Shown here one piece after another: positions 1 to 9,269 of a stretch of 44,280 nt of DNA. Position numbers and translations under genes: made by a program. Every line of letters starts with the position of its first letter. The first letter of the stretch is position 1. Under the pieces are notes generated by a model. It saw only the letters and a list, made by a program, of their open reading frames with translations. It was not told the origin of the DNA and did no database searches. The stretch spans positions 1 to 44,280 of the forward strand of contig CALWGL010000001.1 of assembly GCA_944380025.1 (NCBI GenBank), written 5' to 3'. This DNA comes from an uncultured Lachnospiraceae bacterium. GTDB taxonomy: Bacteria > Bacillota > Clostridia > Lachnospirales > Lachnospiraceae.

Positions 1-2
1 GG

Positions 3-377
3 GAAGGCGTTACGGAATACAAGGCCAAGGCGAACGCTGTAAGGCAGGCGGAGATCTACCGGAATTATTACGCGATCTCCACCTGTACCAGCGAGGGGCT
101 GCAGAGCCCGACCATAATCGGAGCGCAGGCTGCGAACGAGCTTTTGAATATCAAAGGGGTAAAGGCCAGCTTTGTGCTGACGGAATTTCAGGGAAAGATC
201 TTCATCAGCGCCCGGTCCATTGACGAGGCGAACGTGCAGGTGGTCATGGAGCGGATGGGCGGAGGCGGCCATATGAACATGGCGGGCTGCCAGATCACGG
301 ATAAGAGAGCTTCCGAGGTGATCGCGCAGATCAAACAGACCCTGGACAAAATGATAGAGGAAGGTGAACTGAAGTAA
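3..377 (+). CDS. DHH/DHHA1 family phosphoesterase (GdpP/YybT-like c-di-AMP phosphodiesterase), C-terminal part, truncated by window start
   Basis: Frame open from position 3; DHHA1 motifs ISARS and GGGGH; usual position directly upstream of rplI-dnaB; TAATG overlap with rplI. Confidence 0.85.
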   Translation, partial: EGVTEYKAKANAVRQAEIYRNYYAISTCTSEGLQSPTIIGAQAANELLNIKGVKASFVLTEFQGKIFISARSIDEANVQVVMERMGGGGHMNMAGCQITDKRASEVIAQIKQTLDKMIEEGELK

Positions 378-820
378 TGAAAGTGATCTTACTGGAAGAT
401 GTGAAGACCCTTGGAAAAAAGGGAGAGATCGTTACTGTGAACGACGGATACGCGAGGAATTTTATCCTGCCCAAAAAGCTTGGGCTGGAGGCTACGGGAA
501 AGAACCTGAACGACCTGAAGCTGCAGAAGGCGCATGAGGAAAAGCGGGCGAAGGAGCTTCTGGAGGCGGCGCAGGAATCCGCCAGAAGCCTGGAAGGAAA
601 AGCCGTCGTGATCAAAATGAAGGCCGGAGAGGGCGGAAAGCTGTTCGGTTCCGTATCCTCCAAGGAAATTGCCGCCGCCTACAAGGAGCAGCATGGCCTG
701 GAGATCGACAAGAAGAAGATCCAGTTAAGCGACCCGATCCGGGCATTCGGCAGCTTTGAGGTTCCCGTGAAGCTGCATCCCCAGGTAACCGGAACGCTGA
801 AGGTCAACGTACAGGAATGA
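377..820 (+). CDS. rplI: 50S ribosomal protein L9
   Basis: [27 protein letters not shown] and KLFGSVS motifs. Confidence 0.98.
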   Translation: MKVILLEDVKTLGKKGEIVTVNDGYARNFILPKKLGLEATGKNLNDLKLQKAHEEKRAKELLEAAQESARSLEGKAVVIKMKAGEGGKLFGSVSSKEIAAAYKEQHGLEIDKKKIQLSDPIRAFGSFEVPVKLHPQVTGTLKVNVQE

Positions 821-830
821 GAAGGATAGC

Positions 831-2171
831 ATGGCATCATTAGATGAGGCTGTATTAAAAAGAGTGCTGCCCCACAGCATGGAAGCGGAGCAGTCTGTGA
901 TCGGTTCCATGCTGATGGACAGGGAGGCCATTGTGGCGGCCTCCGAGATCATCCGGGGGGATGATTTTTACAATAAATCCTATGGCGTGGTATTTGACGC
1001 CATGGTGGAGCTGAACGATCAGGGACAGCCTGTGGACGCTGTGACCCTGCAGAACCGGCTGAAGGAGAAGGATGTGCCGCCGGAGGTCGCCAGCCTGGAA
1101 TTTATCCGGGATCTGATGACGGTGGTTCCTACCTCGGCCAATATCCGGTCTTACGCTTCCATTGTTTCCGAAAAGGCCATTCTGCGCAGGCTCATCCGTC
1201 TGACGGAGGAGATCGCCAATAACTGCTATGCGGAAAAGGACGGCATGGAGGCGATCCTGGAGGATACGGAGAAGCGGGTGTTCGATCTGGTGCAGCGCAG
1301 GAATACGGGAGATTTCGTTCCCATCCGGGAAGTGGTCATGAACGCCATGGACAAGATCGAAAGAGCCTCCCACAGCAACGGAAACGTGACCGGGATCGCC
1401 ACCGGCTTCATCGATCTGGATTACCGGACGGCGGGCATGCAGCCCTCCGACCTGGTGCTGATCGCCGCGAGGCCTTCCATGGGAAAAACGGCGTTCGTTC
1501 TGAACATCGCCCAGTATGTGGCCTTTCATTCCGGTGAATGCGTGGCCATCTTCAGCCTGGAAATGAGCAAGGAGCAGCTGGTCAACCGTCTGTTTGCCAT
1601 GGAGTCCAAGGTGGACTCCCAGCATCTGCGGACCGGAAACCTTTCGGATCTGGAATGGGAGAAGCTGATCGAAAGCGCGGGCATGATCGGCCAGTCCAAA
1701 CTGATCATCGACGATACGCCCGGCATCAGCATTTCGGAGCTCCGGTCCAAATGCAGGAAGTTCAAGCTGGAAATGGATGTAAAGATGGTCATCATCGATT
1801 ATCTTCAGCTCATGTCCGGAAGCGGAAGAGGCAGCGAATCCAGACAGCAGGAGATCTCAGAGATCTCCCGCTCCCTGAAGGCTCTGGCGAGAGAGCTTCA
1901 GGTGCCGGTGCTCGCCCTGTCTCAGCTGAGCCGCGCGGTGGAGCAGCGGCCGGATCACAGGCCCATGCTTTCCGACCTGCGTGAGTCCGGAGCCATCGAG
2001 CAGGACGCGGACGTGGTCATGTTCATCTACCGGGACGATTATTACAACCCGGATACGGAAAAAAAGGGGATTGCGGAGATCAACATCGCCAAACAGAGAA
2101 ACGGCCCCATCGGCACGGTCGATCTGGTATGGCTGCCGGAATTTACCAAATTCGCAAATCTGCAGAAATAA
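831..2171 (+). CDS. dnaB: Replicative DNA helicase
   Basis: PHSMEAEQSVIG N-terminus, Walker A ARPSMGKT, IDYLQLM, DLRESGAIEQDAD, KQRNGP. Confidence 0.98.
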   Translation: MASLDEAVLKRVLPHSMEAEQSVIGSMLMDREAIVAASEIIRGDDFYNKSYGVVFDAMVELNDQGQPVDAVTLQNRLKEKDVPPEVASLEFIRDLMTVVPTSANIRSYASIVSEKAILRRLIRLTEEIANNCYAEKDGMEAILEDTEKRVFDLVQRRNTGDFVPIREVVMNAMDKIERASHSNGNVTGIATGFIDLDYRTAGMQPSDLVLIAARPSMGKTAFVLNIAQYVAFHSGECVAIFSLEMSKEQLVNRLFAMESKVDSQHLRTGNLSDLEWEKLIESAGMIGQSKLIIDDTPGISISELRSKCRKFKLEMDVKMVIIDYLQLMSGSGRGSESRQQEISEISRSLKALARELQVPVLALSQLSRAVEQRPDHRPMLSDLRESGAIEQDADVVMFIYRDDYYNPDTEKKGIAEINIAKQRNGPIGTVDLVWLPEFTKFANLQK

Positions 2172-2216
2172 AACAGAGAAAAATCGGGCGCTCCGGCGTC
2201 CGAAAAACCTTTACCA

Positions 2217-2258
2217 AAGAGAACTCAACCGAAAGACGGAGGGTTCTCTTATTTTTTT
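2217..2258 (+). terminator. Probable intrinsic terminator after dnaB
   Basis: AAGAGAACTC...GGGTTCTCTT stem followed by a T run. Confidence 0.6.
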
Positions 2259-2299
2259 ATGAAAGCGTTGTCAGACGTCTGAAGGAAAGGAAGAGGCTT

Positions 2300-3148
2300 A
2301 TGAAGACGGAACAGGAAAAGAAGGAAGAACGTTATCTGATCTCGGAGACGGCGAAGCTGGTTGGCGTGGAAAGCCATGTGCTGCGCTACTGGGAGGAGGA
2401 GCTGAAGCTGCCGATCCGGCGCAACGAGCTGGGGCATCGGTATTATACGAAGGAGGATGTGGAACAGTTTCGGGAGATCCGAAAGCTGAAGGAGCAGGGG
2501 CTTCAGCTGAAGGCGATCCGTACCGTACTGACAGCGGAAGGAAGCATGCAGATCCTGATGCCGGTCCGGGAGATGGAGTCTGTTCCAAGACCGGGAAAAG
2601 AGGAAAAGAGTCTGGATGCCGGGGAGAAGGCGGTGCGGCTGCAGATGCTCCTGCATGGCCTCATCTCTCAGGCGGTGCGCGAAAACAATGAGGAGCTGTC
2701 GCGTCAGATCCGGGAGACCATTGTCAAGGAAATGGATTATCAGTTCCGTGTACAGGAGGAGGAAACGCAGAAGCGGGAACAGGTGAGACTGGAAAGGGAG
2801 GAGGAGCATTTCCGGAAGCTGGACGAGGCGCTGCGGCAGTATGCGGGAAGAAGGGGAAAACAGCGGGACAGCGGATGGAAAGAAGCGTACCGACAGCAGC
2901 AGGAGCTTCGGAGAGCGCAGAGAGAAACGGAAAGACAGCGGAAAACGGAGGCAAGGCGGCAGAAGGCGGAAGAGCGGCAGCAGAGGGAAGCGGAGAGAGC
3001 GAAGAAAACAGAACAGAAAGCGATTCAGAGGGAAGAGCAGAAGGCAGCCCGCAGAGCGGCGGCCGCCAGCCGGCGGGCTGCTGCCAGGTCCCGGCGGGAA
3101 AGCGGCCGCCTGAAACGGGAGCAGGAGAAAAAGGAAAAAGAGAAATGA
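2300..3148 (+). CDS. MerR-family HTH protein with long charged coiled-coil C-terminus
   Basis: YLISETAKLVGVESHVLRYWE..RRNELGHRYYT MerR HTH; ATG at 2300 after AGGAAGAGG preferred over ORF-track start 2129. Confidence 0.8.
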   Translation: MKTEQEKKEERYLISETAKLVGVESHVLRYWEEELKLPIRRNELGHRYYTKEDVEQFREIRKLKEQGLQLKAIRTVLTAEGSMQILMPVREMESVPRPGKEEKSLDAGEKAVRLQMLLHGLISQAVRENNEELSRQIRETIVKEMDYQFRVQEEETQKREQVRLEREEEHFRKLDEALRQYAGRRGKQRDSGWKEAYRQQQELRRAQRETERQRKTEARRQKAEERQQREAERAKKTEQKAIQREEQKAARRAAAASRRAAARSRRESGRLKREQEKKEKEK

Positions 3149-3172
3149 CAGCCGAAAGGCTGTCATTTCTCT
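3139..3172. terminator. Hairpin between convergent MerR-like and ferredoxin genes
   Basis: Perfect 15-bp stem AGAGAAATGACAGCC-GAAA-GGCTGTCATTTCTCT. Confidence 0.75.
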
Positions 3173-3250
3173 CCGGTATCTTCTGATACCGCTCTTATGT
3201 CTCTGCCGTATTCCGGCAGCCGCAGTCTGATCAGTGATCCGGTCAGATCA

Positions 3251-3421
3251 TCAGCCCTGGGAAATAGCTCCGGTAGGGCATGCGCCAGCGCAGGAACCGC
3301 ACTCGATGCAGGTATCAGGATCGATAACGTACTGTCCGTCTCCCTGAGAGATTGCGCCTACAGGGCACTGTCCTTCGCAGGTTCCGCAGCTTACACAAGA
3401 GTCGCTGATTACATATGCCAT
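3251..3421 (-). CDS. Clostridial-type 2x[4Fe-4S] ferredoxin, 56 aa (not in ORF track)
   Basis: Manual translation MAYVISDSCVSCGTCEGQCPVGAISQGDGQYVIDPDTCIECGSCAGACPTGAISQG; two CxxCxxCxxxCP motifs; AAAGGAGG RBS. Confidence 0.95.
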   Translation of the reverse strand: MAYVISDSCVSCGTCEGQCPVGAISQGDGQYVIDPDTCIECGSCAGACPTGAISQG

Positions 3422-3466
3422 GGTTTTATCCTCCTTTAAATAATGATCTGTTGATTCTCAATAGTT

Positions 3467-3495
3467 ATTCTAATATAGAAGAACAAAATGTACAA
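3467..3495 (-). promoter_or_regulatory. Sigma-A promoter of ferredoxin
   Basis: TTGTAC-17 bp-TAGAAT on the minus strand. Confidence 0.55.
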
Positions 3496-3590
3496 GTGAT
3501 TTTTCGGGAATATTGGCGGAAATTTTGTACTTTTTAAAGTACATTTCCGGCATATTGGAAAAAGAAACCATGCGGTTTCGGAAAATGGAT

Positions 3591-4343
3591 TCAGGCATCG
3601 TGCCGTCTGCGGTCGCTGATCCCCTTCAGGATGGCCTGTTTTTTCAGAAGGAGGGTCGGCCTGTCCATGGCGGGGATGCCTTCCAGCCGGTAGGGGATCC
3701 CGAGCTTCTCATACTTCGGCTTTCCCATGGTGTGATAAGGCAGGACATCCAGTGCCTTCAGATTGCCGAGACCGCCGATGAACCAGCCCAGCCGGTACAG
3801 ATACGTTTCGTCGTCGGTAACGGTCGGCACCACCACATGGCGGATCCATACCGGAATTTCCTTCCGGTTCAGATAATGGGCGAAGCGGAGGATGTTTTCG
3901 TTGGAGCAGCCGGTGAGCTCTCTGTGAAGCTTCGGATCGATGTGCTTGATATCCAGCATGACCAGATCCGTCAGGGCAAGAAGCCGGTCAAGACGGGCCG
4001 TCCGTTCTTTGTCGGCAGGATCGAAGCAGATGCCGGAGGTATCGATACAGGTATGGACGTTTTCCTTCTTGGCCAGAGAAAACAGTTCCAGCAGAAAATC
4101 TGTCTGAAGGAGCGGTTCGCCGCCTGTCACTGTGATGCCGCCGTCCTTGTAAAAGCTTCTGTTGCGGCGGAAGCTTTCCATGATTTCTTCCGCCTCCATG
4201 GGAGTTCCGGCATCCGTCCGCCAGGTGTCCGGATTATGGCAGTAGGCGCAGCGCATGGGACAGCCCTGCAGAAAAACCACGAACCGGACGCCCGGTCCGT
4301 CCACCGTACCGAAGGTCTCTATGGAATGAATTCGTCCCTGCAT
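3591..4343 (-). CDS. pflA: Pyruvate formate-lyase activating enzyme (radical SAM)
   Basis: IHSIETFGTVDGPGVRFVVFLQGCPMRCAYCHNPDT; GGITVTGGEP; LPYH. Confidence 0.97.
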   Translation of the reverse strand: MQGRIHSIETFGTVDGPGVRFVVFLQGCPMRCAYCHNPDTWRTDAGTPMEAEEIMESFRRNRSFYKDGGITVTGGEPLLQTDFLLELFSLAKKENVHTCIDTSGICFDPADKERTARLDRLLALTDLVMLDIKHIDPKLHRELTGCSNENILRFAHYLNRKEIPVWIRHVVVPTVTDDETYLYRLGWFIGGLGNLKALDVLPYHTMGKPKYEKLGIPYRLEGIPAMDRPTLLLKKQAILKGISDRRRHDA

Positions 4344-4442
4344 AAAACCTCCTTTATGGAAAAGCGACGGACGCCCGAAAGCGTCCGTCTGTGGTCAGAG
4401 CATTTCTGCCGGAAAACGTTCCCGGGCAGAAAAAGACTTCCT

Positions 4443-4685
4443 TTACAGCGATTCGTGGAAGGTACGGGAAATGACGTCCGCCTGCTGCTGCGGGGTCAGC
4501 TTGATGAAGTTGACCGCGTAGCCGGACACCCGGATGGTGAGCTGGGGATATTTTTCCGGATGCTTCTGCGCGTCCAGCAGCGTTTCGCGGTTCAGAACGT
4601 TTACATTCAGGTGATGGCCGCCCTTCTCCGCATATCCGTCCAGAAGGGATACCAGGTTATCGATCTGTGCTTTGTTTGCTTCCAT
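4443..4685 (-). CDS. Stand-alone glycyl-radical domain (GrcA-like), equal to the C-terminal ~80 aa of PFL
   Basis: [34 protein letters not shown]; own RBS AGAAAGGAG 8 nt before ATG. Confidence 0.92.
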   Translation of the reverse strand: MEANKAQIDNLVSLLDGYAEKGGHHLNVNVLNRETLLDAQKHPEKYPQLTIRVSGYAVNFIKLTPQQQADVISRTFHESL

Positions 4686-4721
4686 AGTTGAATCTCCTTT
4701 CTGTGAAATCAGCAGCCGGAC

Positions 4722-6812
4722 TTATTCTTCCCGGTCCAGCCCCTCATGAAGGGTAGGGGCGCAGCAGGAGGGAAGGCCGGAAAGGTCGATCTCAATGTCT
4801 CCGGCAAATACGGCATCTTCCTTGCCCAGGGCTCCCGGAATGATGGTGAAGGTATTGGAGATCCCGTCCTGGGAATCCATAAAGGGCAGCTTCGCGACGG
4901 AAGAAAGGGAGGCCACGGCTCCGTGGGTATCCCGTCCGTGCATCGGGTTCGCGCCCGGCGCGAAAGGAGTTCCCGCCCTGCGGCCGTCCGGCGTGGCTCC
5001 GGTGGCTTTCCCGTATACCACGTTGGAGGTAATGGTCAGCACGGATGTGGTGGGGAAGCCGTCCCGGTAGGTGTGGTGCCTTCTTACCGCGGTCATAAAA
5101 CGGGATACCAGATCCCTTGCGATCTCGTCCACCCTGTCGTCATCGTTCCCGTATTTGGGGAAGTCTCCCGTGATCTTAAAGTCTGTGATGATGCCGTCCT
5201 CATCGCGGATGGGCTCCACCTTCGCGTATTTGATGGCGGAAAGGGAGTCTGCCACCACGGAAAGACCTGCGATGCCGGTGGCGAAGTAGCGGCGCACATC
5301 CCTGTCATGAAGGGCCATCTGTGCCCGCTCATAGCAGTATTTGTCGTGCATGTAATGGATGATGTTCAGGGTGTTCACATAGACCCCGGCCAGCCATTCC
5401 ATCATATCATGAAAAGCGTCGAGCACCTTATCGTATTCCAGCACATCACCCTCGTACTTCCGGTATTTCGGTCCGACCTGCTTTTTCGTCTTTTCATCGA
5501 TGCCGCCGTTGAGCGCATAGAGCAGGCATTTTGCCAGGTTGGCGCGGGCCCCGAAGAACTGCATTTCCTTGCCGATGCGCATGGAGGAGACGCAGCAGGC
5601 GATGCCGTAGTCGTCGCCGTGCACGGGCCGCATGAGATCGTCGTTCTCATACTGGATGGAAGAGGTCTGGATGGACATCTTCGCACAGTAGCGCTTGAAT
5701 CCCATGGGAAGCCTGGTGGACCAGAGCACGGTCAGGTTCGGCTCCGGAGCGGGCCCGAGGTTGGTCAGGGTGTGCAGGTAGCGGAAGGACATCTTCGTGG
5801 CCATATGGCGTCCGTCCACGCCCACGCCTCCGAGAGACTCGGTGATCCATACCGGATCGCCGGAGAACAGCTCGTTGTATTCCGGGGTACGGGCAAATCT
5901 GACGATCCGCAGCTTCATGATGAAGTGATCCACAAATTCCTGGATCTGTTCCTCCGTGAAGGTGCCAAGCGCCAGGTCGCGCTCCGCGTAGATGTCCAGG
6001 AAGGTGGAGGTCCGTCCCAGGGACATGGCGGCGCCGTTCTGTTCCTTTACCGCGGAGAGATATCCGAAATAGGTGGCCTGGATGGCTTCCTGCACGTTGG
6101 CGGCAGGACGGGAGATATCGCAGCCGTAGGAGGCGGCCATCTCCTTCATCTGCTTCAGAGCGATGATCTGCTCGGAAAGCTCTTCCCGCAGACGGATCAC
6201 GTCGTCCGTCATCACGCTGCCGGTGGAATCCTTCTGCGCCTGCTTGTCCTCGATCAGAAAATCGATGCCGTAGAGAGCGATGCGGCGGTAATCGCCGATG
6301 ATCCGTCCTCTGCCGTAGGCATCCGGGAGGCCGGTGATGATGTGGGCGCTTCTGCAGGCCCGCATCTCCGGCGTATAGGCGTCAAAAACGCCCGCGTTAT
6401 GCGTTTTTCTGTGGGTGGTGAAAAATTCCGCCACTTCCGGATCCAGGGTATAGCCGTTGTCCGCGCAGGCTTTCTGAGCCATGCGGATACCTCCGTAGGG
6501 CTGCAGGGCGCGCTTGAAGGGCTTGTCCGTCTGCAGGCCGACGATCTTTTCCTTTTCCTGATCCAGATAGCCGGGAGCATGGGAGGTGATGGTGGAGATC
6601 ACCTTCGTGTCCATATCCAGGACGCCTCCCGCCTCCCGTTCCTTCCGGGACAGCTCCATGACCTGATCCCAGAGGTCGAGTGTATTCTGTGTGGGCGGAG
6701 CGAGAAAGGACTCATCCCCGTCGTAAGGATGATAGTTTTTCTGAATGAAATCGCGTACATTGACCACGCGTTCCCATTCGCCGCCGATGAAACCGTTCCA
6801 TTCTGTCCTCAA
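4722..6812 (-). CDS. pflB: Pyruvate formate-lyase catalytic chain lacking the glycyl-radical C-terminal domain
   Basis: [17 protein letters not shown], catalytic IACCVS, PGANPM; TTG start at 6812 behind AGGAGG; ends before the RVSGY domain. Confidence 0.93.
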   Translation of the reverse strand: MRTEWNGFIGGEWERVVNVRDFIQKNYHPYDGDESFLAPPTQNTLDLWDQVMELSRKEREAGGVLDMDTKVISTITSHAPGYLDQEKEKIVGLQTDKPFKRALQPYGGIRMAQKACADNGYTLDPEVAEFFTTHRKTHNAGVFDAYTPEMRACRSAHIITGLPDAYGRGRIIGDYRRIALYGIDFLIEDKQAQKDSTGSVMTDDVIRLREELSEQIIALKQMKEMAASYGCDISRPAANVQEAIQATYFGYLSAVKEQNGAAMSLGRTSTFLDIYAERDLALGTFTEEQIQEFVDHFIMKLRIVRFARTPEYNELFSGDPVWITESLGGVGVDGRHMATKMSFRYLHTLTNLGPAPEPNLTVLWSTRLPMGFKRYCAKMSIQTSSIQYENDDLMRPVHGDDYGIACCVSSMRIGKEMQFFGARANLAKCLLYALNGGIDEKTKKQVGPKYRKYEGDVLEYDKVLDAFHDMMEWLAGVYVNTLNIIHYMHDKYCYERAQMALHDRDVRRYFATGIAGLSVVADSLSAIKYAKVEPIRDEDGIITDFKITGDFPKYGNDDDRVDEIARDLVSRFMTAVRRHHTYRDGFPTTSVLTITSNVVYGKATGATPDGRRAGTPFAPGANPMHGRDTHGAVASLSSVAKLPFMDSQDGISNTFTIIPGALGKEDAVFAGDIEIDLSGLPSCCAPTLHEGLDREE

Positions 6813-6920
6813 TATTTCCTCCTGTCTGCTGCCGCGGGCAGCATAAAAAGCAGAATATGGGTTGATAAATTCTGAAATCCCGCATGTCCGTGCGGAGCGG
6901 ACGTTCCTTCCGCAACTTGT

Positions 6921-6949
6921 ATTATAGGTAACCGGCAAAGTTCCGTCAA
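6921..6949 (-). promoter_or_regulatory. Sigma-A promoter of the pfl operon
   Basis: TTGACG-17 bp-TATAAT, near consensus. Confidence 0.8.
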
Positions 6950-7093
6950 GGCGGGAATGTTCTTTTTTCGGGACATGGCTGAATCGTAACGAGTAGTAAC
7001 AGAAGAGAAGGTTACTGTTCAGCCAGGTCTGCGCATCTGCTGCGCAGACCGTACGAAAACGCACAGGGCACAAAAAATCGGTTTTACATAATC

Positions 7094-7122
7094 TTGCGTA
7101 TAAAAGGAAAAAGTATTATACT
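7094..7122 (+). promoter_or_regulatory. Sigma-A promoter of DUF1858 gene
   Basis: TTGCGT-17 bp-TATACT. Confidence 0.55.
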
Positions 7123-7211
7123 GAATGCAGCCGCCGGCGGGCCTTCCGCCTGTCAAAAAGCGGGCGCTGATGCTGCCGGGCGGAAAACCGTAAGAAAAGG
7201 AGGTTGGAAAA

Positions 7212-7403
7212 ATGACCGGCATTACAAAGGAAATGACGATCGGCGAGATCCTGAGGACCAATCCGGCCGTGGCTCCCGTTCTGATGAACGCGGGGATGCA
7301 CTGCCTTGGCTGCCCTTCCGCTCAGGCGGAGAGCCTGGAAGAGGCTGCGATGGTTCACGGTATTGATATTGACGAGCTGATGAAGGCGATCGCGGAGGCA
7401 TGA
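7212..7403 (+). CDS. DUF1858 domain protein (redox disulfide domain)
   Basis: [36 protein letters not shown]; AGGAGG RBS. Confidence 0.9.
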   Translation: MTGITKEMTIGEILRTNPAVAPVLMNAGMHCLGCPSAQAESLEEAAMVHGIDIDELMKAIAEA

Positions 7404-7412
7404 GATCCGCGT

Positions 7413-7448
7413 AAAAAAGGAAGAGCGGCAGCCGCTCTTCCTTTTTTT
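7413..7448. terminator. Bidirectional intrinsic terminator
   Basis: AAAAAAGGAAGAGCGGC-A-GCCGCTCTTCCTTTTTTT between convergent genes. Confidence 0.85.
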
Positions 7449-8215
7449 CAGATCTGGCTGAAAGCCTGCAGGGCATGGCCCTTCAGGATCAGATCACAGT
7501 GTTCTTCCCAGAAGGCTTCTCCGCCGGGCGTATGTCTTTCCTGCCTGCCGTATTCGGACAGACAGTTGCAGAGCCGGTTGAATTCCTCCGGCGTGTGGCC
7601 GGAACTGGATACGATCAGCAGATAGCGGTCTCTTCCCGCATCCTTGTAAAGGGAATTATCCCCCTGATAAGAGCCGCCGAGCACATGGGCGAGCCGTGTG
7701 AGGTGACGGAGGGAATCAAAGGAATAGACTCTGGTAAGCTGCAGGTTCCCCTCCGCTTCCTTCGGCTGTGCCTCCGCTCCGCCGGCGGGCTTCTGCGCCT
7801 CCTTCGTATTCGTACCGGACTGGGAAGCGGTACGGCCCTCATGGATGCGCCGGAACAGATCGAGTACGTCGTCAGCGCCCTCATTCAGCTCCTGGATCAT
7901 GTCGTCCAGACTGTCGTCATCGTGTACACTGGGCGCGAATTTGGAAAAGCGGGTATCCAGCTCCTCCGGATCCTCAACCTTGGTGATGATGAGGACGATA
8001 CAGTCCGAATTCAGGGGAATGGCCTCGATCATGAGCGGAATATCCTCCGCCTCGAAGCCGAACTTGACGGCAGCCTGCTGCATCATATCGCGAAAAAGGC
8101 TCTTCGCCTTTTCAGTACCGTATGCGAGTTCACTGATCTTCAGTTCTCTGTCGGCCAGGTCTGCCCTGGTCAGAGTACAGCGGATCTGATGGTCATTTAC
8201 TTTCTCAATTTTCAT
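7448..8215 (-). CDS. mecA: Adaptor protein MecA (ClpC adaptor)
   Basis: MKIEKVNDHQIRCTLTRADLADREL N-terminus; C-terminal LSEYG..EH..LI motif. Confidence 0.88.
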   Translation of the reverse strand: MKIEKVNDHQIRCTLTRADLADRELKISELAYGTEKAKSLFRDMMQQAAVKFGFEAEDIPLMIEAIPLNSDCIVLIITKVEDPEELDTRFSKFAPSVHDDDSLDDMIQELNEGADDVLDLFRRIHEGRTASQSGTNTKEAQKPAGGAEAQPKEAEGNLQLTRVYSFDSLRHLTRLAHVLGGSYQGDNSLYKDAGRDRYLLIVSSSGHTPEEFNRLCNCLSEYGRQERHTPGGEAFWEEHCDLILKGHALQAFSQI

Positions 8216-8312
8216 ATGATCACATCCTTAATATAAAGATATTGAAATGTCTTCTCTGCGTGACTGAAAAGCCGTAAAATGAACATAATTTACAGTATCT
8301 GCGATTACAGTT

Positions 8313-8341
8313 ATATTATACTGCACCCGGATAGAAGTCAA
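8313..8341 (-). promoter_or_regulatory. Sigma-A promoter of mecA
   Basis: TTGACT-17 bp-TAATAT, with an overlapping TATAAT at 15 bp. Confidence 0.55.
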
Positions 8342-8859
8342 GCGCCCGAACGGGGTTTCACTTTTTTTTTACAAATTACTTGCCAATTCTCCGGATATCG
8401 GATATAATCCTTCTAAAGATGCATCCGGGCACTCCGTATCAGAAGGAGGGGAGCTGCAGCCGGAATTTTCAAACTCATATTTTAAGCAGATTCTGCAGGA
8501 GCATCCGTATCTGCGGGCTTCTGTATCTACAATGCGGCGGACGGCGCACAGAGCGTTCCGCTGCTGCCTCATCCATATAGTATGAGGAGGTCTTACAGGC
8601 TTATGTGCCTGTCGGGAAAGAAATCGTTCCCAAAATCTTCCACCTGGAGCAGTACAGTTTAATTCAAAACAGTGTAAATGGTTTGTTTGCGTATTTTTGC
8701 AGGAATTCCGTGATACACGTCCGGGAGCATCTTTCAGGCTTTTGAGATATCGCCGCCGCATGAACGGAGGGCACAGGGATTTTATATATCACGTCTTTTG
8801 GACAGCCGGAAAAGCGGCGCTCTGCTGTGTCCTCTGTGCATACAGGGAGGGAAAGTGTC

Positions 8860-9072
8860 ATGAGTAATGATGATGAGATCGAGCTCGAAAAGCGTTTGAA
8901 AAGGATGACCGGACAGGGCGTGAACCTGTACCTGGAAGGAAAACCCGCTTCTCCCGAGGAGATCGCGAGGAAGTATTTTGTCTGTGAGGACGCCGTCTAT
9001 ATGCCGGATTTTGTCATGGATGAAGAGGGGAAGCTGACCCAGGTCAGATACGACAGGGTGAAATGCCCGTAG
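8860..9072 (+). CDS. Small hypothetical protein, 70 aa
   Basis: ATG at 8860 behind GGGAGG; protein-like sequence GVNLYLEGKPASPEEIA..YMPDFVMDEEGKL; codon usage like neighbours. Confidence 0.7.
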   Translation: MSNDDEIELEKRLKRMTGQGVNLYLEGKPASPEEIARKYFVCEDAVYMPDFVMDEEGKLTQVRYDRVKCP

Positions 9073-9269
9073 GGCTGCGGACGCGGGAGCTTTCTGTCTG
9101 AAAACAGAGTAAAATGAATGAAAAGGTCCGGCAGCCGTGCGATGCGGGCCCCCGTACCGCTGCCGCGCAGACGGCCGGACCGATGCTGCGATGAAGGAAC
9201 ATGTAAAAATAGGTAATGACGATGTTTCAATAGTCTGCTATAATAAGGGCGGTCAGGAGGTTACGGAAG

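Noticed and set aside
3197-3439. 80-aa plus-strand ORF
   Set aside because: Antisense to the clear ferredoxin gene at 3251-3421
4722-4724. Selenocysteine or pyrrolysine recoding joining pflB to the radical domain
   Set aside because: The stop is TAA, not TGA or TAG, and the downstream ORF has its own strong RBS
4746-6875. 709-aa plus-strand ORF, and similar long antisense ORFs such as 9261-10898, 22007-24343, 33748-35754 and 42047-43711
   Set aside because: They are shadows of well-supported genes on the opposite strand, expected from GC-rich codon bias, and show no protein motifs
6813-7073. ORF-track N-terminal extensions of pflB (also 2129, 13349, 16401, 26518, 39919, 40595)
   Set aside because: They run through promoters, leaders or neighbouring genes; downstream starts have RBSs and match the expected family N-termini
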